From positions 1 to 38,395 of IMG/VR virus record IMGVR_UViG_3300037484_001209: DNA of 38,395 nt; one strand, 5' to 3'. Both the position numbers and the translations under genes were made by a program. How positions within the stretch are numbered: the stretch's first letter is position 1; each line of letters begins with the position of its first letter. Of the stretch, positions 18,633 to 28,394 are shown one piece after another. A model generated the notes under the pieces. It saw only the letters and a list, made by a program, of their open reading frames with translations. It was not told the origin of the DNA and did no database searches. This DNA comes from a virus. Taxonomy: Duplodnaviria; Caudoviricetes.

Positions 18633-19526
18633 TTAAATTACCTCATTTCGACTTACATAACAAGTTCCAAATTTTTCAACAGACTTTTGTGCAACTTTAT
18701 TCGCGTATCTGATTGCGTCCTGTAAATTATATGTTTCTACATAATGCATAACTAAACTGGCCAAGAAGACATCGCCCGCGCCGATGGCGTTGGCATTTTT
18801 AACTGTCTGAGATGTAAATATTTCACTGTTTTGACTTTTGTTGAGTAAGACAGCCCCATTTTCGCCCTGAGTGATGATAAATGTAAAATAATTTTCTGGG
18901 TGTGTCCACTTAACTTTATCCCATTCTTTTTGATTTAATTTAAAAAATATTTCTTTGTTTTGTAAAGGCATCCACCTGGATATATTTGTGTTTTTAGTGT
19001 CAATAAAAATTGGACATTTTACGTCTTCGTGTGAAAGTGAGGTGACTATGGAATCATCCACTAAGCCTTTGTTATAGTCACTTACTACTACAGCGTCGAA
19101 GTTTTTTATGTTATAAAAAAAACATTTGTTCTTATATCTTTGCAGGTCGCCATCATGATAACGAAGCCTATTATCCAATCTCAGCTGTTGTTTGTGGGTT
19201 TCCGATTCGATTATTCTTGTTTTTATTAATTCTCTAGTGTGAGGTTTAACAAGACTGGAAGATTTTAGAATTACTTCGTCGTATATTATGTTTTTTTGTT
19301 TTAACAGATTCGCCGTAAATCGAGATATTATGGAGGAAACATATACTTCGTCTTTTATTCTAGATAAAGACTTAATGTTGCTTGCTGCGTTTAAACATCC
19401 ACCGAGTAGATATTCTTCTTCTACAAAATCTACCACAGGTATTGTGGGATCTTCTGGAGATTGGCGAGTTGAAATACCATAAACATAATGATCAATAATT
19501 CCATCGCCCAATACTAGAATTTTCAT
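18633..19526 (-). CDS. hldA: Heptose 7-phosphate kinase-like PfkB protein (HldE/RfaE domain I) (297 aa)
   Basis: ILVLGDGIIDHYVYG..TRQSPEDPTIPVV (compare RISPEAPVPV), KTRII, VVSDYNKG, IGAGDVF. Confidence 0.85.
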   Translation of the reverse strand: MKILVLGDGIIDHYVYGISTRQSPEDPTIPVVDFVEEEYLLGGCLNAASNIKSLSRIKDEVYVSSIISRFTANLLKQKNIIYDEVILKSSSLVKPHTRELIKTRIIESETHKQQLRLDNRLRYHDGDLQRYKNKCFFYNIKNFDAVVVSDYNKGLVDDSIVTSLSHEDVKCPIFIDTKNTNISRWMPLQNKEIFFKLNQKEWDKVKWTHPENYFTFIITQGENGAVLLNKSQNSEIFTSQTVKNANAIGAGDVFLASLVMHYVETYNLQDAIRYANKVAQKSVEKFGTCYVSRNEVI

Positions 19527-19960
19527 ATTATTTTTTTGATTATTCTTTCTACAATTTTTGTCGTCGAAAATCTTTTATCTGTATCGTAATGTTTTACTGT
19601 GAACAAATCTTCTCCAATAACGTTTCCTTTCCAGTCTGATCCTTTAACTATAAAAAACGGATGGATTTCTTTTATTAAGTTATATAGCTCCTCGTTCGTA
19701 GAGAAGGTATACACACAATCTATTAACTGTGTATCACGACTACGAGAAGAAGTCAATGACAAAATCGCTTCCGATCTTTCTTCTAGGGAAAAAATCGGAC
19801 GATAGTCCCCTTTATCTGCTTTCACTTTTTCGTCCGAGTCGAGAGCAACAACAACCTGACCCTTCGGCCCAGCAAGATACCTACAGTAGTTTAATAAATT
19901 ATAGTGTCCTGGATGCAGACAGTCAAAAACGCCATTAGTAAATACAACAAATGGAATCAT
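19523..19960 (-). CDS. hldC: Heptose 1-phosphate nucleotidyltransferase-like protein (HldE/RfaE domain II) (145 aa)
   Basis: VVFTNGVFDCLHPGH, LDSDEKVKADKGDYRPI...ER, VKGSDW, STTKIVERI. Confidence 0.88.
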   Translation of the reverse strand: MIPFVVFTNGVFDCLHPGHYNLLNYCRYLAGPKGQVVVALDSDEKVKADKGDYRPIFSLEERSEAILSLTSSRSRDTQLIDCVYTFSTNEELYNLIKEIHPFFIVKGSDWKGNVIGEDLFTVKHYDTDKRFSTTKIVERIIKKII

Positions 19961-19961
19961 T

Positions 19962-20831
19962 TTAAAACTCCAAATTTGAAGTGCAAGCTCCAGGAATATC
20001 TTCCCAATCGTACTTTTGTCTAGCTACCAAATTTTTCGTCCACACCGATTCAAGAATCATTGGGTCTAAGTTGTTTTGCTTCGCAAAAAATATTAATGAA
20101 TTTAAATCTTTAGGAAAACATTTCCCACCAAAGCCAAAAAGACCATCAACTCCAGGCACTTGTGTGTGTGACTTTCCAATTCTTTTATCTTTCGAGGTCA
20201 GATTCGCCGCCTCGTCGTATGAGATATTCATACTTTTACATATTTCATACATTTCGTTAAAAAACATAACCTTCGTTGCCAAAAAACAATTACTCATGTA
20301 TTTAACCATTTCTGCTGTTGAAGTTTGAGTTTTAATTATTTCTGCTGGAGTTTTCTGCTGTAAGGTAAATTTTTTAAAAAGATTTTCGAGTTTTAATATG
20401 TTGTTGACGTGGGGGTAAGAGAAAGGAATACCTAATATTATTCTATCTTGTTCAAGAAAATCATTTATAAAGTTTTTTTCGGTTAAAAATTCTGGAGAGA
20501 AAACAAAAGTATGTTTTGGATATTTTTTTTGAAAAGATTCAGTACTACCAGGAGGAACCGTACTTTTGATGACTATCGTTTTTGATTTCTTGGAGAGTTT
20601 ATTGATGTTTTTTAGCTCCTCTTTTATGATCGATAGATCCGTTTCTCCTGTGCTAAAATCTGTAGGAGTGGGAAGACAAATAAATATAATCTCGCTGTTG
20701 TCAACAACCGAATCTAAGTTTTCTGTGTCTTTGTATTTGTCATAAACACGTATTTCAGCAACGGATTGTAATCCTGTTTCGACCGCGAACCCCACAAACC
20801 CGTATCCAACTATTCCAACCTTATTTGACAT
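19962..20831 (-). CDS. ugd: UDP-glucose/GDP-mannose 6-dehydrogenase family, short form (289 aa)
   Basis: GYGFVG, CLPTP, IKSTVPPG, PEFL, AEMVKY..N.FLA.K..FFNE, GFGGKCFPKD (catalytic Cys). Confidence 0.88.
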   Translation of the reverse strand: MSNKVGIVGYGFVGFAVETGLQSVAEIRVYDKYKDTENLDSVVDNSEIIFICLPTPTDFSTGETDLSIIKEELKNINKLSKKSKTIVIKSTVPPGSTESFQKKYPKHTFVFSPEFLTEKNFINDFLEQDRIILGIPFSYPHVNNILKLENLFKKFTLQQKTPAEIIKTQTSTAEMVKYMSNCFLATKVMFFNEMYEICKSMNISYDEAANLTSKDKRIGKSHTQVPGVDGLFGFGGKCFPKDLNSLIFFAKQNNLDPMILESVWTKNLVARQKYDWEDIPGACTSNLEF

Positions 20832-21619
20832 TTAATTAAGTAACTTTCCTTCCATTTTGGGTGATCTTTCATCGCCAGCGGATGTGCTCCTACATATTTT
20901 CTTACAGTGTGATTTGGACTGTAAATTTTACCATCATCATTAAGATACCAATCGTATTCAAACGGTTTTCCTGTGTTGTGATAGTTTTTTCCAAATCTCG
21001 TCTCCCACCATTCTTTTTTTAGATTAAAACGTGAAAAATTATTTTTGCAAAAAGCATAATGATGATATTTTACATATGGAATTTTTAGTATATTATTTTG
21101 TGTCCATTCTGCGTTTTCCCATTTCATATAATTATCATCTATGAATAAACAACCTGGGGTGATCTTAAATAGACGAGGAAATTCTTGGTTTGTATAGTGC
21201 ATCAAATCGTTAACAAAGGTTAAGCTAGCGAAGTAGGCAGCGTATTTGTTTTGATTTTTCATTAATTTTGTAATATTTTTTATTATGACAAAATTTTCCT
21301 TAGAATACACCTCGTCGCCATCGATAATGAGACACCATCCGCTATTGTTATTAAGTTTTTTTACAAAAGAAAGACCAACATTGCGCTGGTCTTTATCTGA
21401 TTTTTCGTTTGAATATAAGATATGAACATTATGTTCGTATTTATATTTTTCGATTATTTCTATGGTTGCGTCGGTTGATCGAGGATTTGCACCACAAGAA
21501 ATTGTTTCTTGGTACGCTCCCTCAACAATAACAAGATTATCTACGTAAGGTAGACAGGATTTTATTGCATAATCAACAAACTCCGCCTCGTTGTAGACGG
21601 TCATAAGAACAGATAGCAT
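20810..21619 (-). CDS. Glycosyltransferase family 2 (269 aa)
   Basis: MTVYNE...VIVEGA...STDAT...IIDGDEV (DxD)...HHY. Confidence 0.85.
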   Translation of the reverse strand: MLSVLMTVYNEAEFVDYAIKSCLPYVDNLVIVEGAYQETISCGANPRSTDATIEIIEKYKYEHNVHILYSNEKSDKDQRNVGLSFVKKLNNNSGWCLIIDGDEVYSKENFVIIKNITKLMKNQNKYAAYFASLTFVNDLMHYTNQEFPRLFKITPGCLFIDDNYMKWENAEWTQNNILKIPYVKYHHYAFCKNNFSRFNLKKEWWETRFGKNYHNTGKPFEYDWYLNDDGKIYSPNHTVRKYVGAHPLAMKDHPKWKESYLIKCQIRLE

Positions 21620-21633
21620 ATCTCATTCGCTTT

Positions 21634-21855
21634 CTAATATCTTGTGATATTGGATTCTTGCTTGGATCTTGCGTCGCTTTCTGATTTCAAAGTGGAAAGT
21701 TTCCCCTTTAGCCCTGCAACTTCGTCGCTCAATTTTCCAAGCATGAGAACGATGTTGTTAGACTGCTGAGTAAGGCTTCTGACTGCAGATATCATGTCCT
21801 GCATTTCCTTTTCTACTCCCACCACCTGCTTTTCTAGTTCCATATTCGTAGGCAT
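21634..21855 (-). CDS. Small coiled-coil protein (73 aa)
   Basis: AAGGAG SD; heptad pattern. Confidence 0.65.
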   Translation of the reverse strand: MPTNMELEKQVVGVEKEMQDMISAVRSLTQQSNNIVLMLGKLSDEVAGLKGKLSTLKSESDARSKQESNITRY

Positions 21856-21879
21856 TATTTTCTCCTTTTGTTATATAAA

Positions 21880-22827
21880 TTACCGCACAGAGCCACATTC
21901 TAACATTTTCGTGTAGTAATGTAAATATTTTTTTGCAGCCGCGGAAGAAGAAAATAATTCTAAGGCTACCGCTCTGCATTTTTCTGGATTTATTTTTGTT
22001 ATATTTAAGGTAGCTTTGGCTACGTCAGACTCACTCTTACAAATAAACCCCGTTACGCCGTGAAAAACAATCTCGGACATAGACCCAGCGTTGGAACCTA
22101 TTATGGGCGTTCCAGACATTAAAGATTCGCTGACCGTAGTAGGACACGCATCGGGAAGTCTTGTGAGTAAAATTAACGCTTTTGCTTTTGAAAGTATTTC
22201 AGCCTTTTCTTGACCGTTTACTGAACCGATGTATTCTATGTTTTTATCACAAAGAAATTTTACTTTGTTTATAATGGATTGATTCTTCCCTGTTCCTGCT
22301 ATTTTTAACTTAAATTTCATTTTTTTTGCCAACTGAATAGTATCAAATAGCCCTTTTCCGTTCCCCCAATCTATTCCTGCCATGAATAAAAAATAATCTT
22401 TTTTTTCTTTTTTGTAGATAAATTCTTCAGGATCAGCGCAAGTCCACACATAAGCTGGGCAATTAAGCCTGGAAGATACAAACTTACTAACACAAATCAT
22501 ATGCGGATTTTTTGTGGTTTTTTCATACCACTCTCCCTTTGTTTCTTCCATCCCTCCTCCGTGTAAAGTTACTACCCACGGTTTTCCTTCGGCTAACTCG
22601 CCGTAATTTTTTCTTGTGGGCTCCCATTGATGAAAATGAACAATATCACAATCTCTTGGTATTTCTTTCACTAAAGGCGCAGGCGTGTTTGTGGAGTTAC
22701 AATTTAATAGCATAGACACATCATGTCCTAGACGCACGAAACTCCGTGTTATTCTCTCTATAACCCTCTCTGCTCCCTGCGAATCTTTGGCTGGAGCTTG
22801 GTATGGATGAACCATACAAATTTTCAT
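21880..22827 (-). CDS. Glycosyltransferase family 4 (GT-B) (315 aa)
   Basis: GAERVI...GHDV; KGLFDTI; DACPTTVSESLMSGTPIIGSNAGSMSEIVFHGVTGFI. Confidence 0.88.
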   Translation of the reverse strand: MKICMVHPYQAPAKDSQGAERVIERITRSFVRLGHDVSMLLNCNSTNTPAPLVKEIPRDCDIVHFHQWEPTRKNYGELAEGKPWVVTLHGGGMEETKGEWYEKTTKNPHMICVSKFVSSRLNCPAYVWTCADPEEFIYKKEKKDYFLFMAGIDWGNGKGLFDTIQLAKKMKFKLKIAGTGKNQSIINKVKFLCDKNIEYIGSVNGQEKAEILSKAKALILLTRLPDACPTTVSESLMSGTPIIGSNAGSMSEIVFHGVTGFICKSESDVAKATLNITKINPEKCRAVALELFSSSAAAKKYLHYYTKMLECGSVR

Positions 22828-23852
22828 TATAAAATTAAATCTCCTTCTGCTCCAAACTTTTTCATATTATTGGTGTAGTATTTTTTTAAGTCATCAAGGC
22901 CTTCAGCCAACGCGATAGATGGCCGCCAGCCTAGACATCCCAGGGCTAACTCGTTGTTGGCAAGGGACATGTGGGCCTCACCAACCCGCTCTGGGGTGTT
23001 TTTAATTTTTACCGCACAGTTGTCTGTTAGTGTTTTCTTCACCATATTTGCAACTTCATTAATGCTGTAGTTTTTTCCTGTTCCTATGTTGAGTGTTAGG
23101 TTGGTAATTTTTTCATACTCAAGGGAGTTTAATTTGTCCATTGCTAGGATATTTGCCTCTACCACGTCACTTACGTGAGTAAAATCTCTTCTTTGCTCTC
23201 CATCTCCGACAACAGTTAAGGGTTGTCCTACCAGCGCCTGTCTAAAAAATAGCCCCACGACGGGAGCATAAGCACCCACGAGCGGCGAGCGACGCCCATA
23301 AACATTAAAATATCTTAAAGATACATTTCTTATTTGATAAGATTTTCCCCATGTTTTTATCAAAATTTCGGCAGCGTATTTGGACGCAGAATAGGAGGTT
23401 TGACAATCAGGTTGATCTGTTTCTACAGAAGCCCGCGTTACTTGTTTTCCATAATAACTGGAAGATGCCGAATAAACAATATTTTTTATATTGCACATTC
23501 TCATGAGTTCTAAGACATGAAGGGTTCCTGTCAAATTAACGTGATATGTCCGCATCGGAGCATATACCGACGGCTGAATGCGCGCCAATGCCGCCAAGTG
23601 AAAAACACCTTTGACGTTTTGAAAATATGAAAAATTTTGTGATATCTGAGTCCAATCTGATATATCCATTCTTACGATGGTCAAATTGGGGTTGGTCGAA
23701 TGAAAGGACAAATTTTCCATAAAACCAGTAGAAAAATCATCTACCACTATGACTTTTGCTCCTTGACTTAGCAATTTTTCTGTAATGTGACTACCAATAA
23801 ATCCAGCCCCTCCAAATACAACAAATTTATCTTCTTCTACATATTTTTTCAT
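22827..23852 (-). CDS. NAD-dependent nucleotide-sugar epimerase/dehydratase (extended SDR) (341 aa)
   Basis: GGAGFIGSH, FHLAA, YSASSS, YSASK (YxxxK), LRYFNVYG, GDGEQRRDFTHVSDVV. Confidence 0.92.
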   Translation of the reverse strand: MKKYVEEDKFVVFGGAGFIGSHITEKLLSQGAKVIVVDDFSTGFMENLSFHSTNPNLTIVRMDISDWTQISQNFSYFQNVKGVFHLAALARIQPSVYAPMRTYHVNLTGTLHVLELMRMCNIKNIVYSASSSYYGKQVTRASVETDQPDCQTSYSASKYAAEILIKTWGKSYQIRNVSLRYFNVYGRRSPLVGAYAPVVGLFFRQALVGQPLTVVGDGEQRRDFTHVSDVVEANILAMDKLNSLEYEKITNLTLNIGTGKNYSINEVANMVKKTLTDNCAVKIKNTPERVGEAHMSLANNELALGCLGWRPSIALAEGLDDLKKYYTNNMKKFGAEGDLIL

Positions 23853-24418
23853 TTCGCTTTTCCTTTAAACCCATAAAAAATTTCTTTGTCATTGTTTACG
23901 ATTTTGTACGATTCATAATTTTTAAACGGTTCATCTATTGAAAAAGAATGTACATGAGATTTGTCTCCGTTCCACGCCGTGGCATATGGAACAAGTATTA
24001 TAACATTTTTACGACAATGATTAATGATATTTTTTACTACTGCAACGGGATCGCTGAGATGTTCAAACGTGTGCATTGATACAATATAATCAAAATTTTC
24101 ATTTATCTCTTCTTTTTCTATGTCAATGCAACGAAATGTTCCGCGAGGGAAAAGAGATTTATTTTTTTCTGTTATGACGCTTGAAAGATCCGTGCCAAAC
24201 CACTTGACCAGTGGATATTTTTTCGATAATTTGTCAAAGTGATCTGCATTGCCACATCCTATGTCTAACAGTGAAAATTCTTCGTTAGAAGGCAAAAATC
24301 CCATAGAAAAAAATCTATTAAACTGATCTGCAATATTTCTATTATGAGGTTGCCTTTGCGAGTGTTTTTCGTTCCAAAAATTTTTCGTATTGATGTTTTC
24401 TTCTTTTATCTTAACCAT
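23849..24418 (-). CDS. Class I SAM-dependent methyltransferase (189 aa)
   Basis: LLDIGCGNA, GTDLS, FDYIVSMHTFEHLSDP. Confidence 0.88.
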   Translation of the reverse strand: MVKIKEENINTKNFWNEKHSQRQPHNRNIADQFNRFFSMGFLPSNEEFSLLDIGCGNADHFDKLSKKYPLVKWFGTDLSSVITEKNKSLFPRGTFRCIDIEKEEINENFDYIVSMHTFEHLSDPVAVVKNIINHCRKNVIILVPYATAWNGDKSHVHSFSIDEPFKNYESYKIVNNDKEIFYGFKGKAK

Positions 24419-25178
24419 AAATTATTTTTCCTGCGCTCATGTCGTGAAACGGATGATTTTTCATTGTCTCTGGGTGGGTGCCAGTGAATTCATATATGGG
24501 TATATCTGCAGGTAAGATATATTCATTTTCTTTGATTTTATAATCGTTTTTGATTGCAGGATTTCCGTCTTTAGCGAACATGTATTCCTGTTTCATTTCC
24601 CATCTTTTTTTATTTCTTACATATCCGTAATGAAAAATATTTCTACCAGGGATGGTTAGAATCGGATGTTTTCCTCTCTGGTTTCCCCACATTACTTCAT
24701 TGTCATAAACAAATTTTCCTGCAGGTTTTGTTTTAAATATTCTAGGATAGGTTCCCGTGTAGTAGTGTTTAAAGTCATTAACAAAACAATATTCTTGTAC
24801 CCTTATTTCGTGTGCTGTCCTTTGGCTTTTCATATAGGCGTCGGCTATAATCTGAGCTGCGGTTGTCCATACTTCATCGCTATCAATCATAATTGCCCAA
24901 TCACTGTCATTCTCAACGGCGTGGCGATATCCAGTCTCGTAATGATCCCTGTGCTCTTGAAGATTGACCTGCGTTAGGAATATCTTTTTGTTGTCAACAT
25001 ACTTAGAGATTACATCTAATGTCCCATCATCCGATCTTGCAGGGCGCCCGCCTTCCATTGTTATTTTAAAGGCTCCTTCGACTATAATCATTTCGTCAAC
25101 CCAGTCTTTAACAGATAAAATAGCGCGCTCTACGTAGTCAATATCATTGTAAACTATCATAAAGGCCGTTTTTTTCAT
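24411..25178 (-). CDS. Glycosyltransferase family 2, paralog of 20810..21619 (255 aa)
   Basis: MIVYND...IIVEGA...SDDGT...IDSDEV...FHYGY. Confidence 0.85.
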   Translation of the reverse strand: MKKTAFMIVYNDIDYVERAILSVKDWVDEMIIVEGAFKITMEGGRPARSDDGTLDVISKYVDNKKIFLTQVNLQEHRDHYETGYRHAVENDSDWAIMIDSDEVWTTAAQIIADAYMKSQRTAHEIRVQEYCFVNDFKHYYTGTYPRIFKTKPAGKFVYDNEVMWGNQRGKHPILTIPGRNIFHYGYVRNKKRWEMKQEYMFAKDGNPAIKNDYKIKENEYILPADIPIYEFTGTHPETMKNHPFHDMSAGKIIYG

Positions 25179-25980
25179 CGAATTCCCTCATTAGTTTTAT
25201 TTGAGTAAAAAGATCTTCTTGCGAAGACAAGAACCACACGCTAGATAGACTTCTATCGCAAAAATCTGAAACATAAGGAGTGATATTTAAATTCAATTCA
25301 TAGATATTAGAAACTAAATGAAGCAGACTGTTCTTAGTGACTGGACTTCCTGAATAGTAGTGTCTTACTCCTTTCCAATACCTGTCGAACACTATAACTC
25401 CCGCAATCATGCGAGCCAAATTAAGTGCTGTTACACCGTTCCATTTGTGGTTTACATACCCACAGCAGTCTTTTCCTTTCTGAGATTTTGCCCACTCCAA
25501 AAAAGACAATTTTCTTTTCTTTTCGGATCCTATAATCGAAGTTCTAATAACTGTTGCTTCTAACGGTTCGCCTAATGATTTTGACTTTCCGTATATATCT
25601 GTTGCGTCGTGAATATCGTTTTCATTGTACTGCCCCTTTTCTCCGCTATAGACACAATCTGTACTAATGTGGATCAACTTCACTCCATTAGCAGCACAGG
25701 CTTTTTGCAATATATGAGGGAAAACAGAATTTACGGCAATCATTTCGTGAGTAGATATGTCCGTTCTTTGTTTTACAATCCCAACACAGTTTACTACAAC
25801 GTCTATTTGATTGATTTTTATCAACATAGACATAGATTTTTCTGTATTTGATGATATTTCAAAATGAGGATTGGTAGCTGGGATAAAAACATCACAGACC
25901 TCGCGCAACACGGATGCGACATAGAATCCCAACATCCCGCTTGAGCCGAGCACCATTACTTTTGTTTTTTTAGATGACAT
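25144..25980 (-). CDS. RmlD-like NDP-4-keto-6-deoxyhexose reductase (278 aa)
   Basis: GSSGMLG, VVNCVG, NSVFPH, IHISTDCVYSG, YGKSK, RTSIIG. Confidence 0.88.
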   Translation of the reverse strand: MSSKKTKVMVLGSSGMLGFYVASVLREVCDVFIPATNPHFEISSNTEKSMSMLIKINQIDVVVNCVGIVKQRTDISTHEMIAVNSVFPHILQKACAANGVKLIHISTDCVYSGEKGQYNENDIHDATDIYGKSKSLGEPLEATVIRTSIIGSEKKRKLSFLEWAKSQKGKDCCGYVNHKWNGVTALNLARMIAGVIVFDRYWKGVRHYYSGSPVTKNSLLHLVSNIYELNLNITPYVSDFCDRSLSSVWFLSSQEDLFTQIKLMREFDEKNGLYDSLQ

Positions 25981-26944
25981 GTTTTTTTCTCAAAAATTCT
26001 TCAATTTCTCCCAAATCTAGGAGATCGTCTTCTGAGGAATATTCTTTCTGTGGGCTGCTCGTAAATGATTTTGTGGAAAAAATATCATGTACAATATAAA
26101 CGTCCCCACTGTCTTCTGTTCTGGTAAGTTCTTCCTCCGAGATAAGAATTTCATGGATTTTCTCTCCAGGCCGAATTCCTGTTTCTACGATCTGCAGCTT
26201 CTTCCCCGATACTTTAATCAACATTTCTGCTACGTCATAAATTTTCGCAGATTTAATTTTTGGTATAAAAATTTTTCCGCCATCCTCGTCGTTTAATGCT
26301 TTAAAAATTAAATCTACCGCCTCGGCAAGACTCAACAAGAATCTGGTCATTTGGTTGTGTGTTACATTTAAATTCAAATCGGAATTTATTCTTTCTTTGA
26401 AAATTGGAATAACTGAACCCGTGGATTCCAATACATTTCCGTAGCGAACACAATTATGAATATTTGATTTTCCATTATTACCCTTTAGGTGTATTCTTTC
26501 CTGTATCGCTTTTGTCATCCCGTACAAGTTGACTGGCTTGCAACTTTTGTCTGTAGAAATAGATAATATTTTTATTCTTCTTGTCGGGTAAATTCTAGAA
26601 TATTCCGCAGAAACTTTCGCTACATTTTCTGAACCTATGATGTTGGTTAAAATTGCCTCATGTGGATTTTCTTCGCAAAGAGGCACTTGTTTCATGGCGG
26701 CAGCTTGGATTACGAAGCGAGGACAGCAAGAAAAAAATGCATCGCGAACAGCATTGTAGTCTCTTACGTCCCCAACAATTGATATGATGTCAGGATATTT
26801 TAATTTAAGTTTATGATGTTTTGATTCGTCCCTGGAAAAAACAGCAACTCGCCCCTTAAGTCCTGCGTTTGAAGTAAATAAGGTATCTATTAGTGCTTTA
26901 CCTAGAGAACCTGTGCCTCCAAAAATTAAGTATGTAGCTTGCAT
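25970..26944 (-). CDS. UDP-GlcNAc 4,6-dehydratase (inverting), FnlA/PseB-like (324 aa)
   Basis: GGTGSLG, FSRDE, GDVRD, AAAMKQVP.CE, STDK..PVNLYG.TK, RYGNV..S.GSVIP, MTRF, GIRPGEKIHE. Confidence 0.92.
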   Translation of the reverse strand: MQATYLIFGGTGSLGKALIDTLFTSNAGLKGRVAVFSRDESKHHKLKLKYPDIISIVGDVRDYNAVRDAFFSCCPRFVIQAAAMKQVPLCEENPHEAILTNIIGSENVAKVSAEYSRIYPTRRIKILSISTDKSCKPVNLYGMTKAIQERIHLKGNNGKSNIHNCVRYGNVLESTGSVIPIFKERINSDLNLNVTHNQMTRFLLSLAEAVDLIFKALNDEDGGKIFIPKIKSAKIYDVAEMLIKVSGKKLQIVETGIRPGEKIHEILISEEELTRTEDSGDVYIVHDIFSTKSFTSSPQKEYSSEDDLLDLGEIEEFLRKKHVI

Positions 26945-26957
26945 TATATATTATTTC

Positions 26958-27758
26958 CTATAGGATATTGTTTGAAACTTTTTTATATCTTCCCTTTATG
27001 TTCATTTTTTGTCTAAAGTGTTCTATTGTTAGACCCCATTTATTTTGAAATATGTCGTGACCATTTTGTAATCGTAAGTCAGCTGGAAGTTTCGAGAGAG
27101 TCTTACTAACAAAATGATAAACATTACTGTGTGAAAGCATTACAAAGTGGCGACACCCCGCGCTGTATGCCGATGCGGCGATGTCGTGATCCGACGCGTA
27201 TCCTGGGAAATAAGATACATCTACTCCTCTAAAGTCATTCCATAAAGATTTTGGCATCCCAATCGGGTGAGAATATTGTATCGTATTTACTTTGGTATTT
27301 TTAAAATAAGTTTCAAAATAGTATGTCAGTAGGCTTTTTTCGTTAAATGTTTCTGGGGTGACTCCGTGGTTTGATATAATATATTCTGGGTTGTTCCCTA
27401 GTGGCTCAATAAGACACGAAGAAATGGTATATTTCTCTATTTTGCTGTTTTGAAATTTTTGAATCTGTTTAAAAATTTCAATATCCCATCCTGGAAGGGG
27501 ATACATATCTGCATTGATATCTATAATAAAATCGTACTTTGATTGGTTTACGGCGTAATTTACCGCTGAAACTCCTTCGTTTTGTTTTGATCTTGTATGT
27601 TTAATGTGGTTGTCTTTCAGCCACTGCTCAGTTCCGTCTTCGCTTCCATTGTCGTGAACTATAAATTCATATGGAATTTTGGTATTTTGTTTTAATCCTT
27701 TATACAGGATTTTTAGGTATGGGAGATCATCCCAGGCGCAAACACATATAGAAAACAT
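26958..27758 (-). CDS. Glycosyltransferase family 2 (266 aa)
   Basis: IVHDNGSEDGT, INADMYPLPGWD, GVDVSYFPGYASDHD, VYHF. Confidence 0.87.
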   Translation of the reverse strand: MFSICVCAWDDLPYLKILYKGLKQNTKIPYEFIVHDNGSEDGTEQWLKDNHIKHTRSKQNEGVSAVNYAVNQSKYDFIIDINADMYPLPGWDIEIFKQIQKFQNSKIEKYTISSCLIEPLGNNPEYIISNHGVTPETFNEKSLLTYYFETYFKNTKVNTIQYSHPIGMPKSLWNDFRGVDVSYFPGYASDHDIAASAYSAGCRHFVMLSHSNVYHFVSKTLSKLPADLRLQNGHDIFQNKWGLTIEHFRQKMNIKGRYKKVSNNIL

Positions 27759-28394
27759 TTAAACCTCTTTTTTTACAATTCCAAGACCAGTTTCTACTTT
27801 GGTGTCCAAAATAAGAACACTCCATCCTTCTGTCTTTATTTCTGACAGAAATTTATTTATTCCATACTGCACCGCTACAGCGTCGTGAAACAATATAATA
27901 GAATTTTCTGTTAACAATGGTTGCATGGCTTTCCATTCTTTCCTCGTATACTCGTATGTGTGAGCAGTGTCTATAAAGAGTAAATCTAATTTAAAGTCTT
28001 GAACCGCTGCGTCATTGAGCCACCCAACGGAATCCTTTCTATAAAGTGGTATATGAATATCTTTTTCCCACAAAAAAGAACATGCATTGTTGATGGCAAC
28101 CTGATCGATATCGACTGTATAAAAGTGATCTTTCGGATCCCGCCCTGTATCTTTTAATGCTTCCGCGATGTGCGCAGTGGAATATCCCCAATTAGTTCCT
28201 CCCTCGAATACAATATGTGGTTCTTTTAGGTAGGTAAGAACATATAAAATTTCCGCTACGGTTACTTCTACTGTTCCGCCTCCCCACCGCTGCCAACTTT
28301 TATCTCTTAGTTTTGATAGCGCAAACGTAAAATCGCGTTGATCTATCATCAAAAAATTACAAATTTCTTCTATATATTTTTCTGTTGGATTCAT
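27759..28394 (-). CDS. Class I SAM-dependent methyltransferase, Methyltransf_24-like (211 aa)
   Basis: FEGGTNWGYST, YTVDID, DLLFIDTAHTYE, ILFHD. Confidence 0.85.
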   Translation of the reverse strand: MNPTEKYIEEICNFLMIDQRDFTFALSKLRDKSWQRWGGGTVEVTVAEILYVLTYLKEPHIVFEGGTNWGYSTAHIAEALKDTGRDPKDHFYTVDIDQVAINNACSFLWEKDIHIPLYRKDSVGWLNDAAVQDFKLDLLFIDTAHTYEYTRKEWKAMQPLLTENSIILFHDAVAVQYGINKFLSEIKTEGWSVLILDTKVETGLGIVKKEV

